From IMG/VR virus record IMGVR_UViG_3300032282_005862, positions 1 to 64,000 of that record: 64,000 bases of DNA. The stretch is one strand, 5' to 3'. The translations under genes were made by a program, and so were the position numbers. The DNA comes from a virus. How positions within the stretch are numbered: the first letter of the stretch is position 1; each line of letters starts with the position of its first letter. The notes beneath the pieces were generated by a model. It saw only the letters and a program-made list of their open reading frames with translations. It did no database searches and was not told the DNA's origin. Shown piece after piece: positions 31,494 to 40,068 of the stretch.

Positions 31494-31795
31494 AGGATGT
31501 CATCTTCATCCTCTTGAACAACTGGTTGAGCTTTCCTTGCTGGAGCAGTTTTTGCTACTGGAGCTGAAGCCGTAGTCTTATTTTGACTATCTAGTGGCTT
31601 AGAGACATATAGTCTGTAATCTGGAGCCTTTTCATTTGTCTTTTTACTATTAGCAAAAACTACAACATCAATTCTTTGGCCATCATGGTCATTAATATAA
31701 CCAGATAGAAATGACATTCCTGTTTTACTTTTCTTCTTCCAAAGAGCACCTAGCTCATTTTGATTCTTATTTGTATTTTGATTTGTATTATTCAT
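31490..31795 (-). CDS. DUF736-like protein, probable ssDNA-binding protein
   Basis: GALWKKKSKTG..FLSG...APDYRL and an acidic C-terminal tail EDEDDIL. Confidence 0.65.
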   Translation of the reverse strand: MNNTNQNTNKNQNELGALWKKKSKTGMSFLSGYINDHDGQRIDVVVFANSKKTNEKAPDYRLYVSKPLDSQNKTTASAPVAKTAPARKAQPVVQEDEDDIL

Positions 31796-31816
31796 TTTTA
31801 TATTGTATCTCCTTTA

Positions 31817-32410
31817 TTATATTTTGTCAAAAGAATTTTTACTCTCAACTTTCGTTTTTAATAGTTTGATAGCTTTATTATGAATATTGATAGCAGTTTG
31901 AGTACTAATCTTTAATTTTTTAGCTATCTTATTCCAAGACATTTTTTTATTTGTATTATTTAAATATCTCATTTTGAATATTTTTTCTACTCTTTTATCT
32001 GAGCATGACTCTATGATATTAAAAATATATTCATTAATATTTTTATATTCTTTTTGCGGAGTAATATTTTTTTCTATTAAATAGTTTAATTTATCAGTTT
32101 CAAGTGTCAAATAATGACTATTCTCATTCATGCAATTAAGGCATTGATATCTTACTTGATTGTACAACCAAGTTGAGAATTTAGAATTTTTACAAGGATC
32201 AAAAGACATTGCAGATTTGTATACAATATAATCTTTTTGATCTATTACATCTTGTACGTGAACTCCAGATGTAACCATAGGATTTGAGTATTTTTTATAC
32301 AAAGAATTACAAAGCGCAGAATGTTTATTTATAAGCATTTTTAATGATTCTTCATCATTTTTTTCTTGTATATTTCTTACTAAAGTATTATCGTCTATAT
32401 TTATATTCAT
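31817..32410 (-). CDS. phage sigma-70 family RNA polymerase sigma factor
   Basis: Region 2 FDP..SKFSTWLYNQVR; region 4 HTH MSWNKIAKKLKISTQTAINIHNKAIKLLK. Confidence 0.85.
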   Translation of the reverse strand: MNINIDDNTLVRNIQEKNDEESLKMLINKHSALCNSLYKKYSNPMVTSGVHVQDVIDQKDYIVYKSAMSFDPCKNSKFSTWLYNQVRYQCLNCMNENSHYLTLETDKLNYLIEKNITPQKEYKNINEYIFNIIESCSDKRVEKIFKMRYLNNTNKKMSWNKIAKKLKISTQTAINIHNKAIKLLKTKVESKNSFDKI

Positions 32411-32412
32411 AA

Positions 32413-33000
32413 TTATTTTTTATTCTCCATATATTTTTCATAAATATTTTTTAATTGTTTTTGCATAAGTTCATATAAAAAATTAACATCTTGACATGTT
32501 TCCCAAGAAATCGAGTAATCTGCAACAGCTTTAAGTTTATTATCGTTAGATTTTTCTTCAATATTAGCTGGAGGAATTAAAGATCCATCGTCTAGTTTTC
32601 TAGAAATATGAATAAGAATACCATTGTGTGATTTCAACCAAGAATATTCATCTTCTTTATATTCTATATATCTTACATCAGTAATAATTGGAATAATATT
32701 ATCTTTCTTAAAATTTTTAACTTCTGAATCTACTAATGATGTCCAATATTTACCTTCTGTTTGAACTCTTCTGCATTTACCATATGCAACCATTAATGGT
32801 CTAATTAATTCTTTATCCTTACCTTCACATTTATTTAAATCTATTTTAAATTTTTCTTTTGTAAAATCTCCAAGTTCTTTTTTCAAATTATCAGCTAATG
32901 CAATTCTTTCAGATTTAAGATTTTTTTCTTCTAAATACTTTTTAAGTATTGAATAAAAAGTATCTTTTCCACATCTAGCTACTCCAGTTAATCCTATCAT
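32413..33000 (-). CDS. deoxynucleoside monophosphate kinase
   Basis: IGLTGVARCGKDT, LADNLK, IITDVRY. Confidence 0.85.
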   Translation of the reverse strand: MIGLTGVARCGKDTFYSILKKYLEEKNLKSERIALADNLKKELGDFTKEKFKIDLNKCEGKDKELIRPLMVAYGKCRRVQTEGKYWTSLVDSEVKNFKKDNIIPIITDVRYIEYKEDEYSWLKSHNGILIHISRKLDDGSLIPPANIEEKSNDNKLKAVADYSISWETCQDVNFLYELMQKQLKNIYEKYMENKK

Positions 33001-33488
33001 TTTTCTTCTCCATAAGATATTTCTCCAGTTCCATCATATCTAGGATAATCTTGTCCAGTATGAATTTCTTGAGTATTTACTTGATTTTGTATATTTGATT
33101 TTAAAAATTTTGTATCTACATTTTGATCAATATGTTTAGCTTCAAAAGGTTTAGTGAATATTGTACCATGAGATTGATTTGTAGAGGTTGTATCATTTTT
33201 ATATGTTCTATACATTTTGTTTTGAATTATAATAAACTCTGGAAATGGTTTAGAAAATATCGTACCATGAGATTGATTAGTTCCATTGCCTCCTCCAGTT
33301 TTATAAGTTTCATAAACTTCTATACCTCTAGCAGTTTTAATGTAATTATATTCTTGAAAAGGTTTTGTAAAAATTGTTCCATGAGATTCATTACTATTAC
33401 TACTTGTAGTTTTATATGTTTCATATACTACTCCAGATTGAGCTATAGCAAAATTAGCTATAAATAATAATAAGATTATATATTTCAT
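32997..33488 (-). CDS. secreted protein with three internal repeats
   Basis: Signal peptide; three copies of Y(E/R)TYK...N(E/Q)SHGTIF(T/S)KPF. Confidence 0.75.
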   Translation of the reverse strand: MKYIILLLFIANFAIAQSGVVYETYKTTSSNSNESHGTIFTKPFQEYNYIKTARGIEVYETYKTGGGNGTNQSHGTIFSKPFPEFIIIQNKMYRTYKNDTTSTNQSHGTIFTKPFEAKHIDQNVDTKFLKSNIQNQVNTQEIHTGQDYPRYDGTGEISYGEEK

Positions 33489-33898
33489 ATTTTAATTAAT
33501 TCTATATTATAAAATTTAAATATTTCTTTAGCTGTAGTATCTTTTTCATATTCTTCTGAGTATACCACAGTTTTAACTCCATATGCAACAATATTTGTTG
33601 CACAATTAGAACAGGGTAATAATGTAGAAGCTAATAAATATGGATCGTCTCCTCTTTTAATTAAAGATAATGCATTAATTTCAGCATGAATCATATATTT
33701 TCTTCTATTATCTCTATCATTAAAAAAATCTTGTTTAATATTAAACTTTGGTAAAAGACCATTATACCCAACCGACAATACTCTACCATCTTTATTTAAA
33801 ATACATACTCCAACTTTTTTATATGGATCTTCTGATCTATTTGACCAAATCTGAGCAGTATGAATTGCTGCTTCAATAAATGATATTCTATTATTCAT
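33485..33898 (-). CDS. dCMP deaminase
   Basis: RSEDPYKKVG, SVGYNG, IHAEINAL, PCSNC; likely start MNNRISF. Confidence 0.92.
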   Translation of the reverse strand: MNNRISFIEAAIHTAQIWSNRSEDPYKKVGVCILNKDGRVLSVGYNGLLPKFNIKQDFFNDRDNRRKYMIHAEINALSLIKRGDDPYLLASTLLPCSNCATNIVAYGVKTVVYSEEYEKDTTAKEIFKFYNIELIKI

Positions 33899-34044
33899 TT
33901 TGTAGAAAAATGCCAATATAAAGATATTGTAATACCCATTATAATACATGCAACTGTTTGAAACATAAAGACATATTAAAACTTTTTTATTTTTAAGTCA
34001 ATTATTTTCTTGATTCTTTAAGAAGAATAGTTTAATATAAATAA

Positions 34045-35154
34045 ATGCAAAAACAAGAATTCAAAGAAGCTTTAAGTTACGATGATATTTCGTTACTTCC
34101 AAATTTTTCAAATATTACTTCAAGAAAAGAAGTAAATACAACTACAAAAATTTCAAGAAATTGTAATATCAAAATTCCAATTATTCTCTCTCCAATGGAT
34201 ACAGTATCTTCTGTTAAGTCTTGTATTAAAATGAATAAACTTGGTGCAGCTGGAGTTTTGCATAGATTTATGAGTGTTGATGATCAAAGAGCTAAAGCTA
34301 AAATTATTAAAGATGAAAGTAATTTTTGTGTCACTGCTATTGGTCTAAAAGACGCAGAAGAAAGAATTAGAGCTACTAGTACTTTTACTAATGTTTACTT
34401 TTTAGATACAGCTAATGGTTTAGCTAAGAATGTTGAAGATTTTCTTAGATGGTATAAAACAGTTGGATTTTCTCAAGATGTTATCGTTGGAAATACTTTA
34501 ACGAAAGAAAGCGTATATAGACTTGCTAATCTTAAAGCTGATGGATTTAGACATCTTATTGGTCCAGGGTCAATGTGTTTAACTCAAGTTAAAACTGGAA
34601 TTGGATGTCCAAGTTTAACTGGAAATTATTACGCTTGGAAAGCTGTAAGAAATTGGGAGCTTTCTCAAGTAGATTTATTTAAACAAGATAAACCAAATCC
34701 ATCTCATAGACCAAGTATTCTTGCTGATGGTGGTATTAGATATCCAAAAGATTTAGTTAAAGCTATTGCTAGTGGATGTGATGCTGTTATTTGCGGTAGA
34801 ATTTTTGCTGGATTATCTGATATAGTCGAAGATGAAGATATTGTAGAGATTAATGGTAAAAGATTTGCTAAATATAGAGGAATGGCAAGCCAAGATGTTG
34901 TTGAAGATTATGATTTATATGATGGAACTAAAAAAAATCTTTTTGTAGAAGGAGATAATACTTTAATTCCAATTATTGAAAATAAATCTATAGAAGATAT
35001 TGTATATGATTTTACTAATGGATTAAGAAGTGCTATGAGTTATCTTGGATTCAGAAATTTACAAGATATGAGAGGTGGATTATGGAATAATACTATACAA
35101 GCAGTTAGAAATAGTCCAAATAGTATGTACGAAGGATTTGCTCATGGAAAATAA
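34045..35154 (+). CDS. GMP reductase / IMP dehydrogenase family (no CBS domains), more likely GMP reductase
   Basis: LSYDDISLLP, SPMDTV, IGPGSMCLT (catalytic Cys), ADGGIR, YRGMAS, VEG; flap lacks the IMPDH Arg-Tyr dyad. Confidence 0.85.
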   Translation: MQKQEFKEALSYDDISLLPNFSNITSRKEVNTTTKISRNCNIKIPIILSPMDTVSSVKSCIKMNKLGAAGVLHRFMSVDDQRAKAKIIKDESNFCVTAIGLKDAEERIRATSTFTNVYFLDTANGLAKNVEDFLRWYKTVGFSQDVIVGNTLTKESVYRLANLKADGFRHLIGPGSMCLTQVKTGIGCPSLTGNYYAWKAVRNWELSQVDLFKQDKPNPSHRPSILADGGIRYPKDLVKAIASGCDAVICGRIFAGLSDIVEDEDIVEINGKRFAKYRGMASQDVVEDYDLYDGTKKNLFVEGDNTLIPIIENKSIEDIVYDFTNGLRSAMSYLGFRNLQDMRGGLWNNTIQAVRNSPNSMYEGFAHGK

Positions 35155-35158
35155 ATCA

Positions 35159-35920
35159 CTAATCAACAAATGGATTAGTTAATATTATTTTTCCTGTTGC
35201 AAATCCTCCGTATTCTGCTGAACCATATGTTGCCATATTTATTGTAATTTTAGATTTATCTGATGAACCACTAGTTGATCTAAGATTTCCACAGCATCCA
35301 TTTAAACTTTCATAAGTATAATAAAATGGATATATTAATTTATTATTTTTATCAATCCAGCCTCTTTTACCTTCATATGCAAGCCAAAATCCTGCTGCTA
35401 CTCCAAAATATGGTTTTGGATATAGACCATCAGTTGGATAAGTACATTTTCCTCCATCGCTTCTTGTAGGAGCTTTTGGATTAGTAGTATTATCAGCTTC
35501 TGCTCCTCTTGCTGCTTCACCACAAAATAAATCTTTAAGTTCTAATCCTTTTGTCTGTAAAGTAGTAGAACCGCTTGAACTCCATACACCATTGCAAGAT
35601 TGTGGATTTATATTTCCTGCAGCTCCTTTGGCTTCAAAAATTATTTTAATTGAGCTTCTATTCCAAAAAAATCTCATAGCATCTTTATAAGATAATCCTA
35701 TATTTGCTTCTAAATAAGGACTACTTGGAGCTGAATCAGCTAAACAAAATGGAAAAGCTACATTTTTTTCGTCTTCATCTAGAATAAGACAACCATCTTT
35801 TACTGGCGCTTTGATTTGACAAACACAACCTTTTAATGTTTCATCCCTTCCAGCAAGAGCTTCTTCAATATATCCTTTAAGATATTTTGGAAAATCAGCA
35901 TCTTTTAAACTACATGACAT
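35159..35920 (-). CDS. Cys-rich protein, family member B
   Basis: MSCSL...PKYLKGYIEEALAGRDETLKGCVCQIKAPVKDGCLILDEDEK..FPFC is homologous to 23652..24476; C-terminal halves are dissimilar. Confidence 0.8.
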   Translation of the reverse strand: MSCSLKDADFPKYLKGYIEEALAGRDETLKGCVCQIKAPVKDGCLILDEDEKNVAFPFCLADSAPSSPYLEANIGLSYKDAMRFFWNRSSIKIIFEAKGAAGNINPQSCNGVWSSSGSTTLQTKGLELKDLFCGEAARGAEADNTTNPKAPTRSDGGKCTYPTDGLYPKPYFGVAAGFWLAYEGKRGWIDKNNKLIYPFYYTYESLNGCCGNLRSTSGSSDKSKITINMATYGSAEYGGFATGKIILTNPFVD

Positions 35921-35937
35921 ATGTTTTATATTTACAC

Positions 35938-36411
35938 TTAAAAATCATTTAAAATTTTCCAATTTTTAAATTTTGATTTTCTTATTTTATAATTTGGGCA
36001 ATTTTTAAAACCGATTGCTTCTTTTTTATCAAAACCATATAGTAATGTATTTATATCATAAGAAAAAACATTTGGAACAATTACTATATTTTCTCCAATT
36101 AATCCTAAACAATTAAAAGTAAAATCATTTATATAAAATATTTTACATAAATCAATTCTATAATTTCCATATTTTAAAACATAATGAATTTCTAAATTTT
36201 CAATAGAATCTGGTGGAAATTTTTTTATAAAATTATTATATAATTCATCAAAATTATAACATAAAATATCCACTTCTTTATTCCATTTTTCATTTATTAA
36301 TATATTCCTAATAAATCCTCCAAATATCATACAGTCTTCATTATTTAATAAATAAATTATCTGATCTGAAACTTCTGGGTAAGTTTTTATAATATATTGG
36401 TATATATCCAT
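35938..36411 (-). CDS. minimal nucleotidyltransferase, CCA-adding/poly(A) polymerase head-like
   Basis: IFGGFIRNIL...KEVDI, RIDL, DFTFNCL. Confidence 0.7.
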   Translation of the reverse strand: MDIYQYIIKTYPEVSDQIIYLLNNEDCMIFGGFIRNILINEKWNKEVDILCYNFDELYNNFIKKFPPDSIENLEIHYVLKYGNYRIDLCKIFYINDFTFNCLGLIGENIVIVPNVFSYDINTLLYGFDKKEAIGFKNCPNYKIRKSKFKNWKILNDF

Positions 36412-36488
36412 TATATTATTATAATACGCATAGTTAGAGTATACAAATAAAAATTGATTTTTAATCTATAAATATATACAATATTATA

Positions 36489-36740
36489 ATGAATAAAGAA
36501 AATATTGATAAATTAACATCTATTGAATATGCTAGAGCTACAGAATTTAGTCCAATAGTAAGAATATATCCAAAAGTACCTAGGAATACAGTTTGTTCTT
36601 TTACTGGTAAAAAATTCAAAAATTGTTGTGGTCAATTAAATCAAGATTTTTGTGAGAAAGCTAGAGATGCTCTAAAAGAACATCTTATGAAAATTGCAAA
36701 TGAAAAAGAAAATCAAAACAAAAAAGAAGAAACAAATTAA
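36489..36740 (+). CDS. small protein with degenerate SEC-C motif
   Basis: PRNTVCSFTGKKFKNCCG vs SEC-C GRNDPCPCGSGKKYKxCCG. Confidence 0.6.
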   Translation: MNKENIDKLTSIEYARATEFSPIVRIYPKVPRNTVCSFTGKKFKNCCGQLNQDFCEKARDALKEHLMKIANEKENQNKKEETN

Positions 36741-36875
36741 ATATTACGCTGTTTACAGTAGAAGTGATAATTTTCTTCATGGAGTATTTCCTCCTTCTAA
36801 AGAAGGTTTGATAAAAGCTAAAGCACATGTTCTTAAACTAGATCCTACAAATAAAAATTATAAAATTAAAAAATA

Positions 36876-37862
36876 TTAATGCTTAATATTTGGGTCAGCT
36901 AAGTCTGGATTATGTTGCATTTTTGTACCACGTTTAAAATTTTTATGTAGATTTTCATAAAATACTTTAAAAGTATCTAATGGTTTATCTATAATATTTT
37001 TAATTTTTTGTTCTGTTTTTTGCAATTCTTGATTTTCTACTTTTTTAATAATTGAGTTATAAGCTATAACTAAACATACTGCTAATGGATCAAAAACAAT
37101 AACAATTAATATAATAAATATTCTTACTGCAGTTTCTATTTTTAATCCAAATGCATCAGCTACAAATTTAAATGTACCAATTTCGCCTTTTGTATTATCA
37201 CTCTCTAGTCTCATTATTTCTTGACTATTTTCTAGACTTTGTTTTTCTAAATTTTGAAGATCAGAAGTTACTGTAGATATTTGAGAAAATAAGTTATTGA
37301 TATTAACTTGAGATCCTTCAACTATTTTATTTTTACTTTCTACTAATTTAATATCTGTTACTTTTTCAGTTTTAGCGGAACTGAAAAATCCACCGCCAGT
37401 AGTTTTAGTTGTAGTCACATCTTGTTTAACGGCATTATCTAGAGATGCTTGATATGTTTTTTGTAATTCAATTAAATCTTTTAATTTGCTTTTATTGAAA
37501 TCTATTTGAGAAATATAAAAATTTTGTTGAGATTTTAAACTTTGAATTTTATTTAAGTTTAAAGAATATTGAGAAAAATTACGTTGAAAAGCATCAGAAA
37601 GAAAACCAAAAATACCAAGACTTGTTATGCACATCAGTAATATCGTAGCAGATAGCATATATTTTTTAAGTAAATCATGTATTACTGACCAATATCTATA
37701 AAGATAACTTGCGCTAACTAATTTTGCTATTTCTAAACTTCCAGCCATTATTCCAACGCTCCAAAAACTAGCTGCAAAAAGTAGAGCTATTCCTTTAACT
37801 GAAAAGAATGCTGCACAAGAAGCTAATAAGAAGGCTGATAATCCAAGTATATATTTGAACAT
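36876..37862 (-). CDS. membrane protein, three N-terminal and one C-terminal TM segments around a coiled coil
   Basis: AAFFSVKG...LEIAKLV...ITSLGIFGFLS; IVIVFDPLAV. Confidence 0.7.
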   Translation of the reverse strand: MFKYILGLSAFLLASCAAFFSVKGIALLFAASFWSVGIMAGSLEIAKLVSASYLYRYWSVIHDLLKKYMLSATILLMCITSLGIFGFLSDAFQRNFSQYSLNLNKIQSLKSQQNFYISQIDFNKSKLKDLIELQKTYQASLDNAVKQDVTTTKTTGGGFFSSAKTEKVTDIKLVESKNKIVEGSQVNINNLFSQISTVTSDLQNLEKQSLENSQEIMRLESDNTKGEIGTFKFVADAFGLKIETAVRIFIILIVIVFDPLAVCLVIAYNSIIKKVENQELQKTEQKIKNIIDKPLDTFKVFYENLHKNFKRGTKMQHNPDLADPNIKH

Positions 37863-37904
37863 AATATTTAATCTAAATTACACTTTTAAAATGTAATAAT
37901 ATTA

Positions 37905-38420
37905 GTGATAGTATCTGAAAGAGATATTGATTTCTTTGCTAAAAAATTGGACTTATCTCCAGAAAAAGCATTTTTACTAATCCAAGATCCAGATTGTTTG
38001 CCAGAAATATTAAATAAAATTTCAGAAGAAGATATAGATGGGATTGTTGATATAAGTTTTCCAGTATTTGCAGAAATAACTATTATAAAATATAGTAAAG
38101 ATTTAAAATATTCATTTGAAGAAAAAGAATATGTCTCAGAAGCAGTTGGTTTAAAATTCTATGATTTAATTGGAGAGCCTATTTTAAAAAAATCTATACT
38201 AGAATTCAAACATGACGAAGATACAGCTAAATCACTTTTAGTATTTTTAGGATTTTTTTATAAAAACTTACATAAAGCAAGAAGAGCTTATCCATCAGAA
38301 AATATATATTATAATATAGCAAAAAATGGATTTGAAAATTCAGACAAAATACATATATCAGAACATCTTAAAGACTGGATTAAAATATTAAGAATAATAC
38401 ATAATGAAGTTTGGTTTTAA
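37905..38420 (+). CDS. hypothetical protein
   Basis: 171-aa ORF preceded by an ATGTAA motif variant 8 nt upstream. Confidence 0.6.
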   Translation: MIVSERDIDFFAKKLDLSPEKAFLLIQDPDCLPEILNKISEEDIDGIVDISFPVFAEITIIKYSKDLKYSFEEKEYVSEAVGLKFYDLIGEPILKKSILEFKHDEDTAKSLLVFLGFFYKNLHKARRAYPSENIYYNIAKNGFENSDKIHISEHLKDWIKILRIIHNEVWF

Positions 38421-38750
38421 TACGATATCCTAATTATTTAACTTTTCTTTGATATCCAAAAGGGCTTTACCTCCAGATTTTAAATATCTGAAGTTGGGTA
38501 TTATCAATCCAACTTTTCTTTTGACTCCAAATTTCACCACGATCTCAGTGATGAATGGGCCATCGCACTTACGGATCAGAGGTAGCTTCGATCACTACAT
38601 TCTGCGATGCCTATAGCTACATTTCCTTCTTTAGCCATATTATGTACAAATGAAGGTTTTAATAGTTGTCAGCCCTTAGGACATTGCTATCTCAAGGATT
38701 GATAGTTGATTATTTGACATCAACAAACTGCTCTAATTGGGAACTATGTT
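38421..38750 (-). ncRNA. putative structured non-coding RNA of unknown family (~330 nt)
   Basis: TTGACA-17-TACTAT promoter at 38756-38784; no ATG-initiated minus-strand ORF longer than ~20 aa seen; at least 7 hairpins and long-range complementarity. Confidence 0.6.
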
Positions 38751-39043
38751 AACTTATAGTATATTAAGTTTGAAGTTTTGTCAAATTATTTTTATAATAT
38801 ATTAATGGAAATTATAAAAAATAAAGCCAGATGGTCAGCTTATGCAAATAAATGTGTTAAGCATTATAATATTTCTAATGAGAATATTTATGATGAACCA
38901 GAGCAATATCCATGTATCGCAATACCCCAGTTAATTTCTGATATGAATGGATCAAGAGTTAAATTTAATTTTGTTTATAAAAAAGATTGCCAAAGATTAT
39001 TAAAAGCTTTATAATGTGTAATATCAGTTAGTTCTTTAACATT

Positions 39044-39431
39044 GGGCCAGATTTGGTTTCGATTTTAGGAATTAGAATTGAAATGCAAGTGGAGGTTGAA
39101 TCGAGGACTCCTTAAAAAGTTTCAATTATATTAACTGCCAAAACAGCAAAATATAAAGGTCATATTTCTGCAAGAGTTTCTCTTGTTGAGATGACCGCTT
39201 CTGTAGCCTAAGTTCTACAGCGTGATATCCACGACACATCTACTGGAATATTGCGTAATTAGATGTTTGAGTATAATAAGTTTTTTTATTCTTTTTTTAT
39301 TCAATATCTAAAATAAAATCGCTAAGTATGTTTGTTGTTTATCTATACGAAGTTAAAAATAAAAACAACTAAACTTGTAGTATTTTAATTTGTATTCTCT
39401 AAAAGAAGCGGTTCGACTCCGCACTGGTCCA
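39044..39431 (+). ncRNA. ssrA: tmRNA
   Basis: 5' GGGCCAG pairs with 3' CTGGTCC-A including G3:U70; GGTTTCGA D-loop; GGTTCGACTCC T-loop; TTAACT-GCC resume signal; tag (A)AKTAKYKGHISARVSLVEMTASVA* at 39137..39211. Confidence 0.92.
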
Positions 39432-39498
39432 AGTAAACGAATTGATTCGCCTCCAATTTATATTAGAATATAGTTTCTCATTGATATATAATATAAAA

Positions 39499-40053
39499 AT
39501 GGCAGTATCTAAAATACAATTAAAATGTCTTTATTGTGGAAATATATTTGATAAATTAAAATCGGAATATAATAGAAGAGTTAGTAAAGGTAAAACTAAA
39601 TTTTATTGCAGTTACAAATGCGTTGGTAAGGCTGATGTCGATAAGAATCCAGATAAATTTAAAAAATTTAGAGAAGCTAATGCTATTAGAATAAAAAAAT
39701 ATTGTGGATGTAGACTAGACCAATATAGTCCATTCAAATACCATGCAAATAAAGCTAGATCACGAAGTAAACAAAAAGGATACATAACAGATTTAACTAC
39801 AGAATATTTAAAAGAAATTTGGGATAAACAAAATGGAATTTGTCCATATACAAAAATACAAATGGAACTAAGTAGAACAAGCGGCGATGAAGATATTAAA
39901 AAAACTCCCACAAAAGCAAGCCTAGATAGAATCGATCCGAATATAGGATATATAAAAGGTAATGTTGAATTTGTATGTTATTGTATTAATGTAATGAAAA
40001 ATGATTTTACAAAAGATCAAATGCTTAATTTTATAAATTTAATTAAAAAATAG
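39499..40053 (+). CDS. HNH-like endonuclease downstream of tmRNA
   Basis: CLYC...FYCSYKC zinc finger; QNGICPYT...SLDRIDPNIGYIKGNVEFVCYCIN. Confidence 0.75.
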   Translation: MAVSKIQLKCLYCGNIFDKLKSEYNRRVSKGKTKFYCSYKCVGKADVDKNPDKFKKFREANAIRIKKYCGCRLDQYSPFKYHANKARSRSKQKGYITDLTTEYLKEIWDKQNGICPYTKIQMELSRTSGDEDIKKTPTKASLDRIDPNIGYIKGNVEFVCYCINVMKNDFTKDQMLNFINLIKK

Positions 40054-40068
40054 TGTATATATATTTAT

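Noticed and set aside
38421-38750. RNase P RNA or group I intron
   Set aside because: No GAGGAAAGTCC or ACAGAA..CGGCTTA motifs, no P/Q/R/S elements, and it does not interrupt a gene
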